The notes beneath the pieces are model-generated. The model saw only the letters and a program-made list of their open reading frames with translations, did no database searches and was not told the DNA's origin. The translations under genes and the position numbers were made by a program. Positions 13,273 through 24,845 of a stretch of DNA of 64,000 nt are shown piece by piece (positions within the stretch are counted from its first letter, which is position 1; the number at the start of each line of letters is the position of its first letter). This DNA is from Eledone cirrhosa. Lineage: Eukaryota. The stretch lies in the NCBI GenBank assembly GCA_964016885.1, contig OZ024741.1, forward strand, positions 144,770,001 through 144,834,000, written 5' to 3'.

Positions 13273-13938
13273 GAACTAAGTGAGAAATTAAGAATAAGAG
13301 GGATCAGATGGTGTTTACTCGAGAGAAGACTACGTTGGTACGGTCACGTGATGCGCATGAAAGAAGACAGCTGTATAAAAAAGTTCAGGGCAATCAAAAT
13401 TGAGGGAAGTTACGGGGTAGGTAAACCCAGAAAAACCTGGGACGACATGATAAAGTCCGACCTTGCACACTTACACCTCTCTAAGACAATGTCACTGGAC
13501 CGAGATCTTTGGCGGCACACAGTATTACAGAAGACCTGCCTTCCCTACGTGCAAATTTTACCTACAGTCAGTAGGCCCCTCCAAAACAAACATCCCCCTA
13601 CCCACTATCCCTACTCCATCCTCCCATTCCCACCAACACCACCCTGTAAAGTTATGTTGGTACCACAACATCCAGTCCAAACTAATTAGGTCGTGTAGGT
13701 GTCATGACAAAAAAACACAGTCCACGCTGTAATGTGGCCGTGTAGGTAACACGGTAAAAAGTTCAGAGTCCAGACTGTAAATGTGGTTAGTGTTAGGAAC
13801 GGCATCCAGTCGTAGAAAACCTGCCAGATAGTCCTATACAAACGAGACACGGTCACCCGATCAATCTTGCCTCAAGTGGGACAACTCCCGTCTAACCCAT
13901 GCTAGCGTGGAAGATAGACGATAAACGATGATGATGAT
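13273..13938 (+). mobile_element. 5'-truncated RTE LINE, subfamily A
   Basis: [11 protein letters not shown]...GKPRKTW C-terminus, 3' UTR and (GAT)n tail; sits between TA tracts. Confidence 0.9.
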
Positions 13939-13981
13939 ATACATATATACACATATACACACATACATGTATATGTATACA

Positions 13982-14018
<37 letters not shown>

Positions 14019-14104
14019 TACATATACATATATATATAAGCGTAAAACTAATACTATATTTCTTCATTGTACCATGTTATTTGCCTTTTGCAAACACACA
14101 CTCA

Positions 14105-14148
<44 letters not shown>

Positions 14149-14229
14149 GTGTGTATATATATATACATATATATTTTTTCATCTCACCATTCTTGGATAG
14201 AATGCATACATGTTGACCATTTGACATCC

Positions 14230-15290
14230 TAACCCTTTTACTATTAGACTGCCAAGGGGGACAAATCGTTGGTGCTCAATTAGCAGGAGCATCTGTGACA
14301 AAAACAATTGAAGTATTTAACATATCACAAGCGACAGTGTCTATGGTGGTGACAGCTTATGTAAAATATTCTAAAACATCGTTTACAAAGAGGAATAGTG
14401 GACAGAAACCAGAGTTAAATGACAGTGGCCACCAAACATTAAAACAAACTGTGGCCAAAAATCATAAAACTACTGTGGGAAAGGTTACATTAGAACACAA
14501 TAATAACCTAAACAATATTGTTTTGACACACACAGTACAATGGGAGCACCACAATGGTAATATTCATGGAAGGGCTGCAATTTCAAAACCTCTTATAATA
14601 GAGTCCAACACTAAGTTGCAGAAGAAGTGGTGTAATAATCACAAAACTTGGATATGGAATGGAAGAATGTGATATGGTCTGATAAGGCATAGTTTACTTT
14701 CTTCCCTATAAACAGCCAGTTTTATGTATGGAGAACACCAAGGGAAGCCTATGATTCAGACTTCATGTTTCCAACAGTCAAGCACGAAGGTGGTTGCATG
14801 ATGATTTGGACAGCTATCTTTTAGTATTCAGCTGGTCCTATAATTACCATCAAAGGCCGGATTACTGTGGATAAAATATCTTGACATCCCCAGTCCTTTC
14901 AATGACCAGCATATTGCTGCCAAAGTTTGCCATGTTCCAAGATGATAATGAGGCCACACACAGTCAAAAATGTTAAATCTTGATTCGAGGAGCATCAGAA
15001 TATAATCAATTATTGTTCTAACCAGCATAATCGCCAGATCTCAAGATAATTGAACCATTATGGGGAATTTTGAAGCAGATTTCAGCCTCCATCATCGCTG
15101 AAGCAATTGGCAGATATTTTAGTAGATTAATGGGACAATATACCATTGGAAACTATTCAGATGATTTATGAAACTATTCCACATAGAACTGAAGCTATTT
15201 TAAAAGCAAATGGTGCCCCAACACCTTATTAATAAAAAAGTATTGTGTTTATGTCAGGTGTTCATATTATTTTCTCTAACACCGTTGTAG
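14230..15290 (+). mobile_element. Decayed Tc1-like DDE transposon
   Basis: HTH ORF 14295-14672 (KPLI...KKWC), then WKNVIWSD, PTVKHEGGCMMIW, MFQDDN, SPDLKIIEPLW and KANGAPTPY* with stops and frameshifts; 3' end ...aacaccgttg|TA. Confidence 0.85.
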
Positions 15291-15540
15291 ATGTTGCATC
15301 CAGTGGCTGGTGCAGGAAGTGAGTTCAGTATTCATTAAAACAACAACAGAAGACTGGACTGGAAAATTTACTTTGGAATTATAATTCCGTGAACTATATA
15401 TTTTTTGATGGCCAAGCCGTATCATCTGACCATGATATAAGACTAGACGATTTTATTAGGTGTTATTTGCAGAATTATCTAATAGAATTACACTGAACCC
15501 AAACAGAGAATAGAAGATACATACCAACACACATATATAC

Positions 15541-15680
15541 AGAATTAGCCGTCGAAACGGCTTGAGCTCAGCCGTCGGGGTCTTACTTACTCCTATTACC
15601 CACTCTACTACCCTAAGTATTGAGTACTTTGGTGCGTTATGGTCCACCTGGTTCCTTACCACTTTTCCCTCGCTACACAA
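15541..15680 (+). repeat. Short dispersed repeat beginning with the 3' half of a hammerhead-like motif
   Basis: Second copy at 57810-57960. Starts GAAA-cggct-tgagctc-agccg-TC-ggggtc. Confidence 0.6.
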
Positions 15681-15842
15681 ATATATATATATATATGTAT
15701 AGAAGAAATATATATATATTGTATTTTAAAACCCCATTATTCGCTTATTATTACTGTTATATGCTTCTCCAATTATGCCCAAAATCCGAAGATTTCATTT
15801 AAACCCTCTCGCTAACTACCCCATACCCCTCCCACCCACCCC

Positions 15843-18396
15843 CACTCTCCAACATTATTATTAGGACCAATCATAAGTCAGCGGACTATGCTATCACTTC
15901 CGGTTGCTTGCCACTCTCCACCACTATTATTAGGACCAATCATAAGTCAGCGGACTATGCTATCACTTCCGGTTGCTTCCCACTCTCCACCACTATTATT
16001 AGGACCAATCATAAGTCAGCGGACTATGCTATCACTTCCGGTTGCTTCCCACTCTCCACCACTATTATTAGGACCAATCATAAGTCAGCGGACTATGCTA
16101 TCACTTCCGGTTGCTTCCCACTCTCCAACATTATTATTAGGACCAATCATAAGTCAGCGGACTATGCTATCACTTCCGGTTGCTTCCCACTCTCCAACAT
16201 TATTATTAGGACCAATCATAAGTCAGCGGACTATGCTATCACTTCCGGTTGCTTCCCACTCTCCACCACTATTATTAGGACCAATCATAAGTCAGCGGAC
16301 TATGCTATCACTTCCGGTTGCTTCCCACTCTCCACCACTATTATTAGGACCAATCATAAGTCAGCGGACTATGCTATCACTTCCGGTTGCTTCCCACTCT
16401 CCACCACTATTATTAGGACCAATCATAAGTCAGCGGACTATGCTATCACTTCCGGTTGCTTCCCACTCTCCAACATTATTATTAGGACCAATCATAAGTC
16501 AGCGGACTATGCTATCACTTCCGGTTGCTTCCCACTCTCCAACATTATTATTAGGACCAATCATAAGTCAGCGGACTATGCTATCACTTCCGGTTGCTTC
16601 CCACTCTCCACCACTATTATTAGGACCAATCATAAGTCAGCGGACTATGCTATCACTTCCGGTTGCTTCCCACTCTCCACCACTATTATTAGGACCAATC
16701 ATAAGTCAGCGGACTATGCTATCACTTCCGGTTGCTTCCCACTCTCCACCACTATTATTAGGACCAATCATAAGTCAGCGGACTATGCTATCACTTCCGG
16801 TTGCTTCCCACTCTCCACCACTATTATTAGGACCAATCATAAGTCAGCGGACTATGCTATCACTTCCGGTTGCTTCCCACTCTCCACCACTATTATTAGG
16901 ACCAATCATAAGTCAGCGGACTATGCTATCACTTCCGGTTGCTTCCCACTCTCCACCACTATTATTAGGACCAATCATAAGTCAGCGGACTATGCTATCA
17001 CTTCCGGTTGCTTCCCACTCTCCAACATTATTATTAGGACCAATCATAAGTCAGCGGACTATGCTATCACTTCCGGTTGCTTCCCACTCTCCACCATTAT
17101 TATTAGGACCAATCATAAGTCAGCGGACTATGCTATCACTTCCGGTTGCTTCCCACTCTCCACCACTATTATTAGGACCAATCATAAGTCAGCGGACTAT
17201 GCTATCACTTCCGGTTGCTTCCCACTCTCCACCACTATTATTAGGACCAATCATAAGTCAGCGGACTATGCTATCACTTCCGGTTGCTTCCCACTCTCCA
17301 CCACTATTATTAGGACCAATCATAAGTCAGCGGACTATGCTATCACTTCCGGTTGCTTCCCACTCTCCACCACTATTATTAGGACCAATCATAAGTCAGC
17401 GGACTATGCTATCACTTCCGGTTGCTTCCCACTCTCCAACATTATTATTAGGACCAATCATAAGTCAGCGGACTATGCTATCACTTCCGGTTGCTTCCCA
17501 CTCTCCAACATTATTATTAGGACCAATCATAAGTCAGCGGACTATGCTATCACTTCCGGTTGCTTCCCACTCTCCAACATTATTATTAGGACCAATCATA
17601 AGTCAGCGGACTATGCTATCACTTCCGGTTGCTTCCCACTCTCCAACATTATTATTAGGACCAATCATAAGTCAGCGGACTATGCTATCACTTCCGGTTG
17701 CTTCCCACTCTCCAACATTATTATTAGGACCAATCATAAGTCAGCGGACTATGCTATCACTTCCGGATGCTTCCCACTCTCCACCACTATTATTAGGACC
17801 AATCATAAGTCAGCGGACTATGCTATCACTTCCGGTTGCTTCCCACTCTCCAACATTATTATTAGGACCAATCATAAGTCAGCGGACTATGCTATCACTT
17901 CCGGTTGCTTCCCACTCTCCAACATTATTATTAGGACCAATCATAAGTCAGCGGACTATGCTATCACTTCCGGTTGCTTCCCACTCTCCACCACTATTAT
18001 TAGGACCAATCATAAGTCAGCGGACTATGCTATCACTTCCGGTTGCTTCCCACTCTCCACCACTATTATTAGGACCAATCATAAGTCAGCGGACTATGCT
18101 ATCACTTCCGGTTGCTTCCCACTCTCCACCACTATTATTAGGACCAATCATAAGTCAGCGGACTATGCTATCACTTCCGGTTGCTTCCCACTCTCCAACA
18201 TTATTATTAGGACCAATCATAAGTCAGCGGACTATGCTATCACTTCCGGTTGCTTCCCACTCTCCAACATTATTATTAGGACCAATCATAAGTCAGCGGA
18301 CTATGCTATCACTTCCGGTTGCTTCCCACTCTCCACCACTATTATTAGGACCAATCATAAGTCAGCGGACTATGCTATCACTTCCGGTTGCTTGCC
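15843..18396 (+). repeat. 69-bp tandem array, about 37 copies
   Basis: Unit cactctcca(c/a)ca(c/t)tattattaggaccaatcataagtcagcggactatgctatcacttccggttgcttcc; no spacers. Confidence 0.98.
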
Positions 18397-18399
18397 GAT

Positions 18400-21300
18400 A
18401 TGATGGATGGACTATGGAATTCTGGAGAGTCTGAAAAATCTGGACACTCAGTGACAATGCTAAAGATAAAGACAAATTCACCACATGCTGCCAGACGAAA
18501 AGACAATAACTCCTCTTTGTTTCGGCCGCGGATGGCCAACATAATCCCAACCTCATCCCCCTCACCCTACCGTTCCCACCCACCAAACGCAATCCAAAAC
18601 TTCAGAGTTGGTACCATGAATGTAGGAACCTTAAAAGGTTGCTCTAACGAGGTTGTAGAAATGCTTGAACGTAAGGAGGTCGATGTTTGCTGTATCCAAG
18701 AGACCAGGTGGAGGGGTGGGTCTGCTAGATTCGTTGTGGGTAAAAAACGATGCTATAAGCTTTTCTGGGTGGGAAATGAAAATGGGCTGGGTGGGGTAGG
18801 AATCATGTTAGCAGAAAAATGGGTAGATAACATAATAGACGTAAATAGAGTGAACTACAGAATAATTAAAATAAGACTTGTCCTAAATAGAACTACTGAG
18901 ACAGTAATATCTGCGTATGCACCCCAAACCGGACTGCCTGGCGTTATAAAAGACAGATTCTATGAGACATTGATGCTCACTACCTCCCAAATAACCGACA
19001 GTGACTACGTAATTATTGCTGGTGACCTAAATGGTCACGTTGGACAACATTGTGATGGCTATGATGGAATCCATGGAGGCTATGGGTTTGGTACTAGAAA
19101 TGAGGAAGGCTCCAGAGTCCTGGAATTCTGCGACGCAAATAACCTAACTATCTGTAACACTAACTTCAAAAAAGGAGACAATCACTTGATCACCTATATA
19201 TCAGGGGAACACGCCAGTCAGATAGATTATATTCTTACCAGAAGACGTGATAGAGTGCTGTTGTAAACACTAAATCCCTCCCCCATGAAGAATGCACCTC
19301 CCAACATAGACTCATAGTCAGCAACCTCATAGTCAGGACAAGACGTACTCGACAACAGAGGAGGACTATCCTAAGGAGAAAAATATGGAAGCTAAAAGAC
19401 CCCACAGCCAGTAATGAATTTAAAAGCATATTACTTGATGCTTTTGACAGTAAGGAAGAGCAATTAGAGTCGTACAATATAGAGGAACAGTGGGAATTCC
19501 TGAAAGCTAACCTGCTGAAGGCAGCAGATGAAGTTTGTGGCTGGAGCAGGCCTATGGGCAGGAGGAGAGTAATGTGGTTGTGGAATAGTAAGGTGGAGGA
19601 GTCAATTAAGGCCAAAAAGCAGGCTTGGAAAGAATGGCGGGATGGGGGAAGTAGAGAAGACTATCAAGTTGCCAGGAGGGAAGCTAGGAGACAAGTATAC
19701 TTCGCAAGAAGGGAAGCAGAAGAAAGAAAGTTCAAGCATGTTCTACAACGCGAGGACCAAAAACGTGAGGTGTTCAGGATTGCTAGGCAATGTGTCAAGG
19801 AAAACTGTCATATTGTCGGGGAGAAGTGTGTCCTTAATGATGATGGTGTACTTGCCATCACTGATGCTGATAAGAAGGTAGCTTGGAAGTGTCACTACGA
19901 AAGGCTACTAAATGAGGAGAATAAATGGGAGAAAGACAATCTCCCCCACATCGATCCAATAGAGGGACAAGCAGTGCGAGTTGAAGGTAGTATAATAAGT
20001 AAGGCAATTAAAGATATGAAGACGGGTAAGGCGGCCGGGCCTTCGGAAATAGTTGCTGAAATGCTGAAAGCATCTGGAATGGTGGGACACACTATGGTCA
20101 CCCGGATAGTAAACCAAGTCATACAGAATGGGGCCGTTCCGAAGGACTGGCGTAGCAGCATCATCATTAAATGCTACAAGGGTAAAGGAGATGCTCTTGA
20201 TAGGGGTAACTATAGAGGCATTAAATTAATCGACCAGGTCATGAAGGTCACAGAAAAAGTAATAGCGCAACTAATCAGAGAACGAATTGATCTAGATGAA
20301 ATGCAGTTCGGGTTTGTGTCAGGTAAAAGTACCACAGACGCTCTTTTCATTGTACGACAACTATAAGAGAAGTACCTAGCTAAAAGTAAACCCTTATACT
20401 TAGCTTTTGTTGAGTTGGAGAAAGCCTTTGACAGAGTCCCCTGCTCCATTATCTGGTGGGCGCTTAGAAAACTAGGTGTTGATGAATGGCTTGTGAGAGC
20501 TATACAAGCCATGTATAAAGAAACAGTCAGCAAGGTTAGAATTAACAACGAATATAGTGAAGAGTTTAGCGTAAAAGTTGGTGTTCATCAAGGCTCCATT
20601 CTTAACCCCCTACTATTTATTATTGCCATTCAGGCTATAACAGAGGGAGTTCAAGACCGGCTGCTCATGGGAACTCCTATATGCAGATGATCTAACGCTC
20701 ATAGCTGAATCAATGGCTGAACTAGAGAAGAAATTCCAAACATGGAAGCATGGCCTAGAATCAAAAGGCCTTAAAGTTAACTTGTCTAAGACTAAAGTTC
20801 TAGTTTGTAGGAAGGAAAATAGGGCACCGGTCCCATCTGGGAAATGGCCATGCTCAGTGTGTAGGAAAGGAGTAGGCAGAAACTCCATTTTATGTCCCAA
20901 ATGCAAAGTATGGGTGCATAAAAGATGTAGTGGGATCACAGGTAAGCTAACTAAGAATATAGATTTTATATGTGGCCGGTGCTCTGGTGAAATAAGTAGC
21001 AGCAAGTGCCCACAGAATACTAGCTCATTCCATTGCACAGATGGTACTATAGAAATAGTGGACACCTTCCGTTACCTGGGTGACAAAATCAGCAGTGGGG
21101 GAGAGTGCTCTGAAAGTACAGTAGCTAGAGTCAGAACTGGATGGAAAAAGTTCAGAGAGCTTATACCACTATTGGCCGCTAAAGGGTTCTCTCTAAAAAT
21201 GAAAGGCAGGCTGTATGATGCCTGTATACGAACAGCAATGTTACATGGCAGTGAGACCTGGGCATTGTGTGCAGAGGATATACGCAGACTGGAGAGAAAC

Positions 21301-21635
21301 GAAGCTTGCATGCTCCGCTGGATGTGTAATAGTAACATACGTGAACGGCAAAGCATAAACGAACTAAGGGAGAAATTAGGAATAAGAGGATCAGATGTTG
21401 TTTACTCGAGAGAAGACTACGTTGGTACGGTCACGTGATGCGCATGAAAGACGACAGCTGTATAAAAAAGTACAGGGCGATAAAAATAGACGGTAGCCAC
21501 GGAGTAGGCAGACCCAGAAAAACCTGGGACGACTTGATAAATTCCGACCTCACACACTTACACCTCTCCAAGACAATGTCACTGGACCGAGATCTTTGGC
21601 ACTACACAGTCATACAGAAGACCCGCCTTGCCTAA
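18400..21635 (+). pseudogene. RTE ORF: APE endonuclease + reverse transcriptase + PHD-like finger, disrupted
   Basis: GTMNVGTL, CCIQETRW, SAYAPQ, AGDLNGH, SQIDYI (APE); NYRGIKL, QFGF, GVHQGS, LLYADD (RT). Frameshifts near 19260, 20645 and 21390; stop at 20364. Confidence 0.93.
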
Positions 21636-22016
21636 GTACAAAGCGAAACCTACAGTCATTAGGCACCTCTAACAAAATACACCCCCTTCCCCACTACCCC
21701 CACCCCATCCACACCACCCCCTTAAATGTGAAGTTATCTTGGTACCACAACATCCAGTCCGAAACAAATGAGGTCGTGTAGGTGTCACAACAAAAAAAAA
21801 AACACACAGTCCACGCTGTAATGTGGCCGTGTAGGTAACACGGTAAAAACCTCCCAGTCCACACTGTAAACGTGGTTGGTGTTAGGAAGGGCATCCAGCC
21901 GTAGAAAACCCGCCAGACAGTCCTATATGAGCAAGACAACAAATCTTGCCTCAAGTGGGAAACCTCCCGTCCAAACCCATGCAAGCGTGGAAGATGGATG
22001 TTAAACGATGATGATG

Positions 22017-23222
22017 TAGAGAAGAAATTCCAAACTTGGAAGCAGGGACTAGAAAGAAAGGGTCTCAAAGTCAACATGACAAAAACTAAGGTCCTTGTAA
22101 GTACACGAGAAACAGAACCCAGATCCCCTCAGGGAAATGGCCTTGCTCAGTATGTAGGAAAGGTGTAGGTAAGAACTCCGTTCTCTGCCCCAAATGCAAA
22201 CAATGGGTACACAAGAGATGTAGCGGGATCTCAGGAAGCTTAATTAAGAATGTAGGCTTCACATGTAGCAGCTGTGCTGGGACAGCAAGCAGCAAACAGC
22301 CACAGGAAACAAGTACCACCAATCTCTGGGAGGGCTCTGTAGAAATAGTAGACAGCTTTTGCTACCTAGGTGACCGAATTAGCAGCGGAGGTGGGTGTTC
22401 AGAAAGTACAATAACTAGGGTAAGAAAGGGATGGAAGAAGTTCAGAGAACTACTGCCACTGCTAGCTGCAAAAGGCTTCTCCCTCAAAATGAAAGGCAGA
22501 CTGTATGATGTGTGTATCCGAACAGCAATGTTACATGGTAGTGAGACCTGGGCGCTGAAGGTGGAAGACTTACGTAGATTAGAGAGAAACAAAGCTTGCA
22601 TGCTCCGATGGATGTGAAATAGTAATATACGCGAACGACAAAGCATAAATGAATTGAGAGAGAGACTGAGCATAAGAGGAATCAAATGCTGTGTGCAGGA
22701 GAGGCGGTTGCGTTGGTATGGACATGTGATGCGTATGAAGGATGACAGCTGCATAAAAAGGTGCAGAGCACTAGAAGCCGCAGAGTGGAGAGACCCAAGA
22801 AGACCTGGGATGAGGTGATAAAAGCCGACCTTACCCAATTACACCTCTCAAAGGTGATAACACACGACCGTGACCTCTGGCGTCACACAGTAATACAGAG
22901 TACCCGACCTCCCATGGGTACAAGCTGAAGCATATAGACAATATGCTCCCACACCCTCCCACTGCAAAGTGGTCGTGGAGGTGCCACGGCAAAAATAGCA
23001 TCCAGCCAACACTGTAAAGTGGACGTGTAGGCGCCACGGAAAAAAGCACCCAGCACTCACTGTAAATGAGGTTGGTGTTAGGAAGGGCATCCAGCTGTAG
23101 AAATCAAGCCAAAATCAGTTCCTGTATGAGCAAGGCATGGTCAGCCAAGCAGACACTGCACACAACAGGACAACCCGTCAAACCCTTCTAGCATGGAAGA
23201 ACGGACGTAAAACGGTGATGAT
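22017..23222 (+). mobile_element. 5'-truncated RTE LINE, subfamily B, abutting the subfamily A tail
   Basis: Closely matches 50512-51650; ends aaacggtgatgat. Confidence 0.9.
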
Positions 23223-23609
23223 ATATATATATAAAAAAATATCGAACGTGTATATATATAAAAGATTCTATTATAAATGTTTAATCAATTATAAGACAAT
23301 CCAATGAATTGAAGCAACATTTCTTGCAGGCCAATAGGTTACTCAATATCTGTTAACGTTTTAATCTAAAGCACTTTTAGCAACAGTACCGAAGATCAAA
23401 TATTGTCACAGTGACACAACTACTACCTCCTCCACTACAGCTGCCATTGCTGTCACCACCATCACCACTACTGATGATGTCAGTGAGTTGCTAGTATATC
23501 ATGGATATAAACAGATCTAAAACTGGTGGATCTATATGGGAGCACTGGAATTCTATGATGGCAGGTGGGATTTCTGCATCTGGAACTACAGATAAATATA
23601 AACTGTTGG

Positions 23610-23763
23610 CCATTCTAGAACAATAGTTTCGATTAAGACTTGGTCTGTGATGACTTGACCATTCTACGAGAACAATAGCTTTGATTAAAACTTAGTCTGT
23701 GATGACTTGACCATTCTACGAGAACAATAGCTTTGATTAAAACTTGGTCTGTGATGACTTGAC
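23610..23763 (+). repeat. 52-bp minisatellite, about 3 copies
   Basis: Unit cattctacgagaacaatagctttgattaaaacttagtctgtgatgacttgac. Confidence 0.9.
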
Positions 23764-24574
23764 GAGCTCATGTGAGCATGGAAAAACAGACACTAACTCA
23801 TAACATCCTGCACCACAGAAAACCACATTACAAAGACATTCTTGTAAAGTACAAAACTGCACTATGACTGCATTACATAAAAATACAAGTCATTCCTCTA
23901 ATATTGCAAATGTTCACAATCTGTCTGTTGGTCAAAATAATTTAAATATTTAGATATTTCCTGTTGAATCATTACAAGATGTTAAGAGTTAAATGATTAT
24001 GATAATGATGATAATGGTGGTGGTGGTGGTGGAAGTGATTTCTGGGATTTACTTAATTTATTAGTGCAATGCAGCTTTAAATTTATTTGCAAGTCATGTA
24101 CAATTACTTGATGACATGAGTTGTTGCCAGATTTGGATAAACAGAAAAAAATATAAGTCAGTTCTATTACTCTAATTTTGAATAGATACTACTGGTAAGA
24201 CTCTAATATAACACAAGAGCTACTGAGATTGCATATCGAATGAAAGGAAATATGAAAATTATAAGCATTATTCCAAGAAATTAAATTTTTAAATGTTTTT
24301 TTCTTTTTAGTCCTTATTTTTTCTTTACAAATTTCATTACAAATTTATTTTGGTTTTTCCAAGCGCAGCAATTAATTTCCCATCAATTTTTATAGCTTTA
24401 GTAGAAGATGGATGCTGCAGCAAATTTAGAATGCTACATAGATTTTAATATTAATTTTGCCTTCATCATTTTTGTTAACAATTTTAAAAATAATTTTCAT
24501 TAGCAGTTTTTAAAGTCATTTTTATTAACAACATTGAAAATCAAGAAACTATACTAAAATATAAATATTATTCT

Positions 24575-24845
24575 ACACTTGCCTACACTGTGAAGTGAGG
24601 GTGTTGGTGTCATGATAAAATGCATCCAGCCCACACAGTAATGTGGTAGTGGCAGTGACAGCAGAAAATGAATCTGGTACATGCAATAATGTGATTTGTG
24701 TCAAGAAGGGCATCCAGCCATAGACATCATGCAAAAATGAGAAAAATAGAGTTGTCTGACCTTCCACTCTAACCTCAGAATGTGACAACCCATGTAACCT
24801 ATGCAAGCATGGAAAATAGATGAAAAATGATGATGATGATGATAA
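24575..24845 (+). mobile_element. Old RTE-type 3' UTR/tail remnant
   Basis: gaagggcatccagcc...tgcaagcatggaaaa...(GAT)n. Confidence 0.7.

Larger units (their letters stand above)
15721..22016 (+). mobile_element. Near full-length RTE-clade LINE (subfamily A) with 5' tandem array
   Basis: APE endonuclease, RT, 3' UTR and (GAT)n tail. The 5' end is inferred from the preceding (TA)n tract; no TSD identified. Confidence 0.85.

Noticed and set aside
11743-14200. YIYI/HTHT/CVCV ORFs here and elsewhere
   Set aside because: Dinucleotide repeat artefacts.
15843-18396. CRISPR array next to an RT
   Set aside because: Units are contiguous with no unique spacers, there are no cas genes, the context is eukaryotic and the RT is a LINE APE-RT.
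15888-18434. 848-aa and 831-aa repeat proteins
   Set aside because: They follow from a 69-bp (23-codon) unit lacking stops in two frames. There is no domain signal and neither is in frame with the RT ORF. Kept only as possible uORFs.
18500-18560. HDV-like ribozyme at the RTE 5' end
   Set aside because: Some RTEs have one, but I could not fit the nested double pseudoknot here.
19235-22838. Recurrent antisense ORFs over the RTE copies
   Set aside because: Shadows of the sense RT ORF, repeated only because the elements are repeated.
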